From Planctomycetota bacterium (GTDB lineage Bacteria > Planctomycetota > UBA1135 > UBA2386): 43,626 nucleotides of DNA. Made by a program: the position numbers and the translations under genes. The stretch covers positions 1-43,626 of the forward strand of contig JAYZDB010000201.1 in NCBI GenBank assembly GCA_036338025.1, given 5' to 3'. This document shows, piece by piece, positions 35,203-43,626 of this stretch (position 1 is its first letter; the number at the start of each line of letters is the position of its first letter). The notes beneath the pieces were generated by a model, which was not told where the DNA came from, did no database searches, and saw only the letters and a program-made list of their open reading frames with translations.

Positions 35203-36723
35203 ATGCCCTACGGCTTCGTCATCGATCAGACCCGCTGCATCGGATGCCATGCCTGCACCGTCGCCTGCAAGGCCGAGAACGACGTACCACTCGGCGACTT
35301 CCGGACCTGGGTCAAATACACGGAGACCGGCACCTTCCCAGAAGTACGCAGGGATTTTTCCGTCCTGCGGTGCAATCACTGCACCAACGCGCCCTGCATC
35401 ACCATCTGCCCAGTCGTCGCGCTCGACAAACGCCCCGACGGGATCGTCGATCTCGACCGCAACGTCTGCATCGGCTGCAAGTCCTGCATGCAGGCCTGCC
35501 CCTACGACGCCCTCTACCTCAACGAGGAGACTGGCGGCGCCGAGAAGTGCCACTACTGCGCGCACCGGGTCGACCAGGGCCTGGAACCCGCCTGCGTGGT
35601 GGTGTGTCCCGAGGAAGCGATCATCAGCGGTGATTTCAGCGATCCGACCAGCAAGATCGCCATCGCGCGAAACCGACCCGACGCCATCGTGCGACGACCA
35701 GAGCAGGGCACTGGCCCGAACGTGCACTACCTGGGTGCCAATCCGGTCGCGCTCGATCCCGGGCGCGCCAAGGAACCCGACTCCTACCTGTGGAGTCAGC
35801 GTCGGTATGCAGCTCCCGACTATCCAGACGACATCGAGCTGGCACCCGACACCATCACCGTACTCGATGTCAACCACAAGCTGCACTGGGGCACCGAGGT
35901 CTCGCTCTATCTCCTGACCAAGGGCATCAGCTCTGGCGCCATCATGCTGGCGCCGCTGGTCGGCTTGTTTGCCGCCAACCCGGCCAACAATGCCAACGTC
36001 TGCAACTACCTGCCGGAGCTGCTCGGCCTCGCCTTCCTCTCGATCACCCTACTGCTGCTGGTGATGGACCTGGAACGGCCCGAGAAGTTCCTGTCCATCA
36101 TGCTGCGCCCCAACCCGAAGAGTTGGTTGGTCCGGGGTGCCTGGGTGCTGACCGGTTTTGGTGCGGTGATCGCAGCTACCATCCTGGCCCGACTCAGCGG
36201 GCACGACAACCTGGCCGAGACCCTGCGTTACGCCGGCATCCTGACCGGTGCCAGCGCCGCTGGCTACACCGCCTTCTTGTTCGGACAATGCGAAGGCCGT
36301 GACCTCTGGCAGAACACGCGGATCTTGCTACCCCACCTGCTGATCCAGGCGGTAATGCTCGGTGCCGTGACCATGCTGGCCTGGTTGCCCAGTGAAGCCT
36401 CGCTGGCCTGGCTGGTCACGATCGCTGCCATCGGCCACCTGCTGCTGGCGCTGCACGAGGCCCACAGTTCCCATCCCACGCCCACCGCCAGGCGGGCGGC
36501 CAGCCTGCTCCCTCGCATCCCGGCATTCGGCAGTGCGAAGTACAAGGCATTCAGCCTCGGTTTAGGGCTGACGACCATCACTGGCTTACTGGCGCCGACA
36601 CTGGCCGTCACCGGTCATCTCAACACCGTCACCGCCCTGGTCCTGCTGGCAAGTTGCTGGCTGGGCACCTTCCTCTACGAGCAGGCCTACCTACGCGCCG
36701 GCCAACTCCCGCCGCTGTCCTGA
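35203..36723 (+). CDS. fused 4Fe-4S ferredoxin-type (PsrB/NrfC/DmsB-like) and NrfD/PsrC-like membrane subunit
   Basis: 506 aa. The N-terminal ~200 aa carry four Cys clusters (CIGCHACTVACK, CNHCTNAPCITICP, CIGCKSCMQACP, CHYCAHR...CVVVCP) and no signal or Tat motif. The C-terminal ~270 aa contain about 8 hydrophobic helices. Confidence 0.88.
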   Translation: MPYGFVIDQTRCIGCHACTVACKAENDVPLGDFRTWVKYTETGTFPEVRRDFSVLRCNHCTNAPCITICPVVALDKRPDGIVDLDRNVCIGCKSCMQACPYDALYLNEETGGAEKCHYCAHRVDQGLEPACVVVCPEEAIISGDFSDPTSKIAIARNRPDAIVRRPEQGTGPNVHYLGANPVALDPGRAKEPDSYLWSQRRYAAPDYPDDIELAPDTITVLDVNHKLHWGTEVSLYLLTKGISSGAIMLAPLVGLFAANPANNANVCNYLPELLGLAFLSITLLLLVMDLERPEKFLSIMLRPNPKSWLVRGAWVLTGFGAVIAATILARLSGHDNLAETLRYAGILTGASAAGYTAFLFGQCEGRDLWQNTRILLPHLLIQAVMLGAVTMLAWLPSEASLAWLVTIAAIGHLLLALHEAHSSHPTPTARRAASLLPRIPAFGSAKYKAFSLGLGLTTITGLLAPTLAVTGHLNTVTALVLLASCWLGTFLYEQAYLRAGQLPPLS

Positions 36724-36728
36724 TCACC

Positions 36729-39503
36729 ATGACGACTTCCGACGAACTGCGCGTGACCCCTCTCGAGAAGTTCCCACCGCCCGAACAATGGGACCACTGG
36801 GAAGAACTCGACGGCCGGGCCTGGCCAGACCGGGAAAAGCGCGCGTATTCCCTGATCCCGACCACCTGCTTCAACTGCGAGGCAGCCTGCGGCCTGGTCG
36901 CCTACATCGACAAGGAAACCCGCGAGATCCGCAAACTGGAAGGCAACCCGTACCACCCGGGATCTCGTGGCCGCAACTGCGCCAAGGGCCCCGCCACGAT
37001 CAACCAGGTCCACGATCCGGAGCGGATCCTCTATCCGATGAAGCGGGTCGGGCCGCGCGGCAGCGGCAAGTTCGAACGCACCACCTGGGACGAGGCCCTC
37101 GATGCGAGCGGCGCACGGATCCGCAAGGCCGTGCAGGACAAGCGACTCACTGAAGTGATGTACCACGTCGGCCGCCCCGGCGCCGACGGCTACATGGACC
37201 GGGTGTTGCAGGCCTGGGGAGTCGACGGTCACAACTCACACACCAACGTGTGCTCCGGCGCAGCGCGGCTGGGCTACACCCTGTGGTCAGGCCACGATCG
37301 TCCCTCGCCAGATTATGAAAACGCCAAATTCATCCTGCTGATCAGCGCCCACCTCGAGACCGGCCACTACTTCAACCCACACGCCCAGAGGATCATCGAC
37401 GCCAAGACCAAGGGCTGCAAGATCGCCACCTGCGACATCCGCCTGTCGAACACGGCTTCGATGTCGGATTTCTGGCTGGCGCCGCGCCCGGGCACCGAGG
37501 CCCTGATGCTGCTCGGCTTCGCGCATGTGATCCTGGGAGAGGATCTCGCCAACCAGGACTTCCTGCGCAACTGGGTCAACTGGCGCACCTGGCTCGATGT
37601 CCGGGGCAAGGATGGCGGGTTCCCTGAGTTCATGGAGAGCTTGCGCAGCGAATACGCCTTCGCGACACCCGAACACGTCGCCGAGGTCACCGGCCTCACC
37701 GAAGCGCAGATCCGCACGATCGGCAAATTGATCGGCGACGCTGGCTCCAAGTTTGCCTCGCACGTCTGGCGCAACACGGCGAGCGGCAACAAGGGCGGCT
37801 GGCAGGTCGCACGCTGCCTGCAGTTCCTGGTAACCCTGGTCGGCGCCGTCAACACCGAGGGCGGCACCTCCTGCAACGGCTACAACAAGTTCGTCGCCAA
37901 ACCCTTCGATGTACCTTCGCCGCAAGAGGTCTGGAGCGAGCTGCTGTATCCGCGCGAGTGGCCCCTGTCGCACCACGAGTTGTCGTTCCTCCTGCCGCAC
38001 CTGCTCAAGGACGGCCGTGGCAAGATCGACACCTACTTCACCCGGGTCTACAACCCGGTCTGGACCAACCCCGACGGTTGCACCTGGATGGAAGTCTTGC
38101 AGGACGAGTCGATGGTCGGCTGCCACGTAGCGCTCACCCCGACCTGGAGTGAAACCGCGCGCCTGGCCGACTATGTCCTGCCGATGGGTATCGCCACCGA
38201 ACGCCACGACATCGCCAGCCAAGAGACCCACGCCGCCCAGTGGATCGCCTTCCGCCAACCGGTCATGCGCGAGATGCTGCGACGCGAAGGCAAGGAAGTC
38301 GAGTGGACATGGCAGGCCAATCCCGGCGAGGTCTGGGAGGAGGACGAATTCTGGATCGCGCTGAGTTGGCGCATCGATCCGAACGGTGAGCTCGGGATCC
38401 GCAAGCACTTCGAGTCGCCGTACCGTCCCGGCGAACGCGTGACCATCGAAGAATACTACAAGTGGATCTTCGAGAACTCGGTGCCCGGCCTGCCGGAGAC
38501 GGCCGCGGCCGCCGGGATGGAGCCGCTGGAATACATGCGGCGGCACAGCGCCTACCTGGTGAAAGACAAGATCTACAAGCCACAGGAGAACGAGTTGTCC
38601 GCCGAGGAGCTCATCGGCACCGAGCGCGATGAGGACCACGGCGAAATCCGCAAGGACGGCAAGCTGGTCGGCATCCTGGTCAACGGCAAGTCCATGCGCG
38701 GCTTTCCCACGCCTGGCAAGCGCCTGGAAATCCACTCACCGATGATGTCCGAGTGGGGTTGGCCCGAACACACCGAGCCCGGCTACATCCCGAGCCATAT
38801 CGACGAGAGCCAACTGGACCGCGACGCGTCGGAGTACGTACTGGTGTCGACCTTCCGGCTACCGACCCTGATCCATACGCGGTCCGCGAACTCCAAGTGG
38901 CTGAGCGAACTTTCCAACACCAACCCGGTGTGGATCCACACCTCCGATGCCAAACGACTCGGCGTGGTCAGCGGCGACCTGGTCAAGGTGCAGACCCGGA
39001 TCGGCTACTATGTCAACAAGGCCTGGGTCACCGAAGGGATCCGCCCCGGCGTCGTGGCCTGCAGCCACCACATGGGCCGCTGGCGCCTGGACGGCGACCA
39101 GCAGGGGGTCAACAGTTGGCAGTGCCATGGCATGAGCCTGCAGCGTGACGGCAGCACCTACCGATATCGACGCCAGAAGAACGTCGGGAGCTACCCCAGC
39201 GAGGACCGCGAGAGCGCCCACGTCTGGTGGAACGAAGGCGGCGTGCACCAGAACTTCATCTTCCCGGTCCAACCCGATCCGGTGTCCGGCATGCACTGCT
39301 GGCACCAGAAAGTCACCGTCACCAAGGCCGGCCCCGACGACCAGTACGGTGACATCGTCGTGGACACTGCCAAGTCGATGGAAGTGTTCCACGAATGGCA
39401 GGCCGAGACCCGCCCCGCACCAGGTCCAGGAGGACTGCGCAGACCGCTGCACCTCAAGCGGGTCGTCCGCCCAATCGACGAGGCCTACAAACTCGACGAC
39501 TAG
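36729..39503 (+). CDS. molybdopterin (bis-MGD) oxidoreductase catalytic subunit, Psr/Phs/Soe-like, no Tat signal
   Basis: ATG at 36729 is 6 nt after the upstream stop. The N-terminus MTTSDELRVTPLEKFPPPEQW has no twin-arginine motif. The FS0 cluster is CFNCEAACGL...NCAKG. A candidate Mo-ligand Cys lies in HTNVCSGAARLG. Length is 924 aa. Confidence 0.88.
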   Translation: MTTSDELRVTPLEKFPPPEQWDHWEELDGRAWPDREKRAYSLIPTTCFNCEAACGLVAYIDKETREIRKLEGNPYHPGSRGRNCAKGPATINQVHDPERILYPMKRVGPRGSGKFERTTWDEALDASGARIRKAVQDKRLTEVMYHVGRPGADGYMDRVLQAWGVDGHNSHTNVCSGAARLGYTLWSGHDRPSPDYENAKFILLISAHLETGHYFNPHAQRIIDAKTKGCKIATCDIRLSNTASMSDFWLAPRPGTEALMLLGFAHVILGEDLANQDFLRNWVNWRTWLDVRGKDGGFPEFMESLRSEYAFATPEHVAEVTGLTEAQIRTIGKLIGDAGSKFASHVWRNTASGNKGGWQVARCLQFLVTLVGAVNTEGGTSCNGYNKFVAKPFDVPSPQEVWSELLYPREWPLSHHELSFLLPHLLKDGRGKIDTYFTRVYNPVWTNPDGCTWMEVLQDESMVGCHVALTPTWSETARLADYVLPMGIATERHDIASQETHAAQWIAFRQPVMREMLRREGKEVEWTWQANPGEVWEEDEFWIALSWRIDPNGELGIRKHFESPYRPGERVTIEEYYKWIFENSVPGLPETAAAAGMEPLEYMRRHSAYLVKDKIYKPQENELSAEELIGTERDEDHGEIRKDGKLVGILVNGKSMRGFPTPGKRLEIHSPMMSEWGWPEHTEPGYIPSHIDESQLDRDASEYVLVSTFRLPTLIHTRSANSKWLSELSNTNPVWIHTSDAKRLGVVSGDLVKVQTRIGYYVNKAWVTEGIRPGVVACSHHMGRWRLDGDQQGVNSWQCHGMSLQRDGSTYRYRRQKNVGSYPSEDRESAHVWWNEGGVHQNFIFPVQPDPVSGMHCWHQKVTVTKAGPDDQYGDIVVDTAKSMEVFHEWQAETRPAPGPGGLRRPLHLKRVVRPIDEAYKLDD

Positions 39504-41284
39504 TCGTCGGTGACGGCCGGCACATTCGACAAGATGTGCAGGTCCGCCAACTGCTCCGCCGCCACCGGCGAAGGTGCCTCGCACATCAGGTCGGTGGCTC
39601 TGGCGGTCTTTGGGAAGGCAATCACATCACGGATGCTCTCGCAGCCGAGCGCCAAGGTCACGATCCGGTCGACACCCAGGGCGATGCCGCCATGCGGGGG
39701 TGCCCCGTAGCGGAACGCATCGAGGAGGAAGCCGAACTTCCGCTGCTGTTCCTCCTCACCAACGCCGAGGAATTCGAAGACCCTCTTTTGCACATCCTGG
39801 CGATGGATCCGGATGCTGCCGGAACCGAGTTCCCATCCATTCATGACCAGGTCGTAGGCGCGTGACTCGATCTTGGCGGTATCGACTCCAAAGTCCGCGA
39901 TGTCCCAATCCACCGGGGCGGTGAACGGGTGGTGTGAACTATCCCATCGACCAGTTTCCTCGTTCTCGACGAACAGCGGGAAATTGGTGACCCAGCACAA
40001 CTCGAAGGTCTTGGGATCTCGCATCCCCAGGTCATCACCGAGCTTGACGCGCAATTCCCCCAGGGCCCGGTAGGCAACGCTCGCCCGGTCAGCGACGAAC
40101 AGCAGGAGGTCCCCGACCTCAGCCGACATCGCGGCGATGAGTTGGCTGCCCTTGTCGCCCTCGAAGAACTTGCCGATCGATCCGGTGACACCCTCGTCAG
40201 TGATCTTGGCCCAGGCCAGGCCGCGGGCGCCGTATTCGGCGACGTACTGGGTCAGGGCATCGATCTTCTTGCGGGAGTAGTTTGCGGCCTCACCCTTCAC
40301 GCACAGGCCCTGCACCATGCCACCATTCTCGATCGCCCCGGCGAACACCTTGAAGTCGCTGCCACCGGCCAACTCCGAGATGTCGATCAACTCCAATTCG
40401 AACCGGGTGTCCGGCTTATCGACCCCATAGCGCCGCATTGCCTCGGCGTATGTCATCCGCGGAAACGGTGTCTTTACCTCAATCTCGAAGCCGGCCTGCA
40501 TCGCATCGACCATCATGCCCTCGACCAATTCGAGCACCTGGTTCTCCTCGACGAACGACATCTCGATATCGACCTGCGTAAACTCCGGCTGCCGGTCGGC
40601 GCGCAGGTCCTCATCCCGGAAGCAACGCGCGATCTGGTAGTAGCGGTCCATGCCCGCCACCATCAACAACTGCTTGAAGATCTGCGGACTCTGCGGCAAG
40701 GCATAGAATTCACCTGGATTGATCCGACTCGGTACCAGGTAGTCACGCGCACCCTCGGGTGTGCTCTTGGTCAGGATCGGAGTCTCGACATCCAAGAAAT
40801 CCCGTTCCGCGAGGTAGTTCCGGACCGCCGACACAAACCGGGACCGTTGCTCCATCGCGCGGGCCATTGGACGACGGCGGAGGTCCAGATACCGATACCG
40901 CATCCGCAACTCTTCGTTGGCCTCGACCTTGTCCAGGACTTCGAAGGGTGGCGTGTCGGCTGCGCCGAGCACCTCGACAGCTTTCGCGTAGATCTCGATC
41001 GCACCGGTAACCCGGCTCGGGTTGATGTTGGATTCGCCGCGCAACCCGACCTTGCCGGCGATCATGACCACATTCTCGGCCCGCAGGCCCCGCGCGCGCT
41101 CGTAGAGCTCGGCATCGTCCTGATCGAAGACCACCTGGGTGACTCCGAATCGGTCGCGGACATCGAGAAACAAGATCTGGCCGTGATCACGATAATTCTC
41201 GACCCAGCCGTTCAAGATGATGTCCTGGCCCTCGTGACCCTTGCTCAGTTCGCCGCAGGTGTGGGTACGTTGCCAGTTTGTCAT
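39500..41284 (-). CDS. aspS: aspartate--tRNA ligase
   Basis: ATG at 41284 gives MTNWQRTHTCGEL. Also has FLDVRDRFG, class II motifs (FRDEDLRADRQPEFTQVD, GGSIRIH, PPHGGIALGVDR) and the GAD insertion. Confidence 0.95.
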   Translation of the reverse strand: MTNWQRTHTCGELSKGHEGQDIILNGWVENYRDHGQILFLDVRDRFGVTQVVFDQDDAELYERARGLRAENVVMIAGKVGLRGESNINPSRVTGAIEIYAKAVEVLGAADTPPFEVLDKVEANEELRMRYRYLDLRRRPMARAMEQRSRFVSAVRNYLAERDFLDVETPILTKSTPEGARDYLVPSRINPGEFYALPQSPQIFKQLLMVAGMDRYYQIARCFRDEDLRADRQPEFTQVDIEMSFVEENQVLELVEGMMVDAMQAGFEIEVKTPFPRMTYAEAMRRYGVDKPDTRFELELIDISELAGGSDFKVFAGAIENGGMVQGLCVKGEAANYSRKKIDALTQYVAEYGARGLAWAKITDEGVTGSIGKFFEGDKGSQLIAAMSAEVGDLLLFVADRASVAYRALGELRVKLGDDLGMRDPKTFELCWVTNFPLFVENEETGRWDSSHHPFTAPVDWDIADFGVDTAKIESRAYDLVMNGWELGSGSIRIHRQDVQKRVFEFLGVGEEEQQRKFGFLLDAFRYGAPPHGGIALGVDRIVTLALGCESIRDVIAFPKTARATDLMCEAPSPVAAEQLADLHILSNVPAVTDD

Positions 41285-41332
41285 GATCTTCTCGCGGTCG
41301 GGCTGCAAGTCGGAATCGTCGCAACCAAGGAC

Positions 41333-41353
41333 GAGGGTTTTAGCTCAACCCTC
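41333..41353 (-). terminator. possible terminator hairpin after the permease gene
   Basis: GAGGGTT (41333-41339) and AACCCTC (41347-41353) flank a 7-nt loop, 48 nt downstream of the permease stop on the minus strand. There is only a weak U tract. Confidence 0.3.
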
Positions 41354-41400
41354 ACACCAGACAAGTTCGAGCCGGATCTAGCTCGAGGAACCTGGCCGGT

Positions 41401-43626
41401 CTACTCATAGCGGACGGCCTCGCTGGCGTTCATCTTGACCGCCCGCGAACCCGGCAGGATCGCCGCCAGGAGTCCGGTGGCCAGGGCCAGTACCGGCACC
41501 AGTGCCAGATACAGCCAGGGGATCACGATCGGGGCTTGCAGGCCCGCGACAGTGTTGAGGCCGGTCACCACCACGTGCCCCAGCGGCAGGCCGATCAGTA
41601 TCGCCACGATCGCCCCGATGACCGCCACCACCCCACCCTCCAGGAGGAACATCTGCCGCAGGGCACGATCCCCCATGCCGAGCGCCCGCAGGACGCCGAT
41701 CTCCCGGGCCCGACCGACCGCCGCAATGGTCATCGTATTGACCAGCCCCATGCCGACCAGGCACAGGATCAGGAACAGCAGCACATCGAACAGCAGGAAG
41801 TCTCGGGTCACATCACGCAGCAGGTATTCGCGGTGGTCATTGCCGGTCTTGAACCACTTATGGGGGAAGACCTCACTGACCTGCTCCCGCAGGGGGCCCA
41901 GTTTTGTCCTGGGTGCGACGGTCAGCGCCATCAACTCGGCCTGCTGCGCGTCGATGCAGAAGTCCTTCTGCAACCACTGCGGATCCGTCACCGCCCAGGC
42001 ACGGTCATCCGGAAAGAACCCGGCCGCGTCGGTCACTTGCAGGATCGTGTAGTCCTTCGAACCCGCACCGGTGACCAGGCTCTTGGTCTGGCCGGCTTTT
42101 TTCCAGTGCAACTCCGCCCAGCGCGAGCTGACGATCATCGTGCGCTGGCTACGGTAGGCTTCGATAAGGTCCAAGTTCCCTTCCAGGACACCACCCTCGC
42201 GAACCAGGCAGTCGACTGGCACCCCGCGTAGCAGGAACCCAACCTTGGCGGTCGCGGTGAAGAACTCGGCCGACTCCACCCCCGGGATCGCCCGAACCCG
42301 AGACAGGTCGGCCACCCGGGTTGGCGGGCCATCGCGAAAGAACAGGTGATCGTCCATCGATGCGGCGCTGAACTGCCGCACATCGGCCCACAGCGCATAG
42401 GTGATGTGCTTGAGAGCCACCATCGATACCAAGACCACGGACAAGCCACAGACCGCCGAGGCGAAGCGACCCGGCGCACGGGTCACGATCTTCTCGACCA
42501 TGAAGGCCGGTAGCGGGAGGCGGTGGCGCAATGGCACCAGGAGCGCCCGTCCGCAAGTGGTCACGATGCGAGGCGCGATCAACAGCAGGCCGCCGAACAA
42601 CATCACGATGCCCGCGACTTGCAGGAGCACGAACCGCTCCTCGCGGCCCTCCTCGGCCACCAGTGGCGTCATCGCCAGGTATGAGACCGGCAGCACACCG
42701 ACCAGCATCACGAACAGGAATACGTTCACACCGCGCAGGAGGTAGCCGGAATCACCCAGGCCCCGGGCCTGCAACACCCTGACCGGCGGCAGGTTGCGGG
42801 CCTTGAACAAGGGGAAGGCCGAGCCACACAAGGTGAAGAACAGCCCCAACCCGGCAGCGAAGGCGACCGGCCGGAGGGGAACTTCGAAGTCGTTGATCTG
42901 CTTGCCGACCCCGAGGGTGGTCCACTCCATCTGCGCCATCGTCCAGGCCAGTGCAATGCCTCCGGCGACCCCGATTACGGCTCCCAAAACCGCCAACAGG
43001 AGGCCATCAACCAAGAAGACCATCGCCACCGCCTGGCGAGAGGCGCCCAGGCAACGCATCAAGCCGATCTGCCGCAGGCGTTCCATCAGAGTCTGGGAAA
43101 GCGTCTGGAACACCACCAGCATGCCCATCACCAGGGCCAGCAAGCCGAGGATCTTGATGCCATTGCGGAATGCCCGTTCATCGGAACCCTCACCCAACAT
43201 CGCGCTGCGCTGGTCGAGGATCTGGAATTGGGTCGACAAGGCGCGCTTGAGATCGTCCGGGTTGGCACCCGGGCGGCGATTGACCTGGTAGAAACTCATC
43301 GCAAGAGGGGTGACCCGACGGGCCAACGAGAACGGCGCCACCACCACCAGTCCACTGTTGCGCCGGGCCAGGGCGTGGTTGCTTAACAGACCCTTGACCT
43401 TGACCTTGACGGTCTCGCCCCTGGTCTGACCACCGGCGACTTCCACCAACTTGCCATCGACACATCGCTGGGTCGGCGCACGAACCGATGGGGCGACCTC
43501 CAGATCGTCTCCGAGCCCGACCCCGAGTTGCCTGGCCAGGACCTCCGCGATCAGGACATAGGCATCGCCGTCGAGATCATCAAGGTTGTCGCCTGACGCG
43601 ACATTGTAATGAGCGAAGGGATTCCG
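41401..43626 (-). CDS. FtsX-family ABC transporter permease with two FtsX domains (MacB/LolE-like), 5' end outside the window
   Basis: The track ORF starts at a TTG, but my hand translation of the same frame stays open to the window edge (..NPFAHYNVASGDNLDDLDGDAYVLIAEVLARQLGVGLGDDLEV..). Two repeats of the pattern LMRCLGASRQAV / VLRALGMGDRAL are each followed by 3 TM helices. Confidence 0.85.
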   Translation of the reverse strand, partial: RNPFAHYNVASGDNLDDLDGDAYVLIAEVLARQLGVGLGDDLEVAPSVRAPTQRCVDGKLVEVAGGQTRGETVKVKVKGLLSNHALARRNSGLVVVAPFSLARRVTPLAMSFYQVNRRPGANPDDLKRALSTQFQILDQRSAMLGEGSDERAFRNGIKILGLLALVMGMLVVFQTLSQTLMERLRQIGLMRCLGASRQAVAMVFLVDGLLLAVLGAVIGVAGGIALAWTMAQMEWTTLGVGKQINDFEVPLRPVAFAAGLGLFFTLCGSAFPLFKARNLPPVRVLQARGLGDSGYLLRGVNVFLFVMLVGVLPVSYLAMTPLVAEEGREERFVLLQVAGIVMLFGGLLLIAPRIVTTCGRALLVPLRHRLPLPAFMVEKIVTRAPGRFASAVCGLSVVLVSMVALKHITYALWADVRQFSAASMDDHLFFRDGPPTRVADLSRVRAIPGVESAEFFTATAKVGFLLRGVPVDCLVREGGVLEGNLDLIEAYRSQRTMIVSSRWAELHWKKAGQTKSLVTGAGSKDYTILQVTDAAGFFPDDRAWAVTDPQWLQKDFCIDAQQAELMALTVAPRTKLGPLREQVSEVFPHKWFKTGNDHREYLLRDVTRDFLLFDVLLFLILCLVGMGLVNTMTIAAVGRAREIGVLRALGMGDRALRQMFLLEGGVVAVIGAIVAILIGLPLGHVVVTGLNTVAGLQAPIVIPWLYLALVPVLALATGLLAAILPGSRAVKMNASEAVRYE

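Overview
This is a 43.6-kb, high-GC, gene-dense chromosomal segment from a diderm bacterium. Evidence for a diderm is the lipoboxes, an outer-membrane beta-barrel candidate and a MacB/LolE-type permease. I found no CRISPR array, transposase, integrase or rRNA. All family calls come from motif recognition in the supplied translations, because no homology search was possible.

Most of the window is housekeeping:
- tRNA-Val
- ald, uppP
- mtnA-purE-purC (minus strand)
- aroA
- thiC behind a clear TPP riboswitch
- two Nfu/NifU-type Fe-S proteins
- an M32 carboxypeptidase
- the thrS-infC / rpmI-rplT-pheS-pheT block
- aspS
- a truncated FtsX-type permease at the right edge

The less ordinary content, in order of interest:
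1. A co-directional trio of Lys-rich secreted proteins at 19.7-26.0 kb. It comprises a TPR/CAP-like protein, a signal-peptide-bearing protein with eight CxxC (DnaJ-type zinc-finger) motifs, and an HtrA-like protein. The HtrA-like protein has three trypsin domains: one looks dead, one has Thr at the nucleophile position, one is canonical.
2. A molybdopterin oxidoreductase without a Tat signal, preceded by a fused 4Fe-4S/NrfD subunit and possibly a 50-aa lipoprotein ORF (35.0-39.5 kb).
3. An arsenosugar-type radical SAM (ArsS-like) plus AhpD-like pair with no arsM in view.
4. A histone H1-like K/A/T-rich protein.
5. A degenerate histidine-kinase-like protein translationally coupled to an Nfu gene.
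6. An opposite-strand polytopic membrane gene that splits infC from rpmI-rplT.
7. A large acidic orphan protein next to a sharply AT-rich convergent spacer.

Smaller oddities are C33 in the tRNA-Val anticodon loop, two convergent gene pairs that share a CTAG stop overlap, and several direct repeats and hairpins in leader regions.
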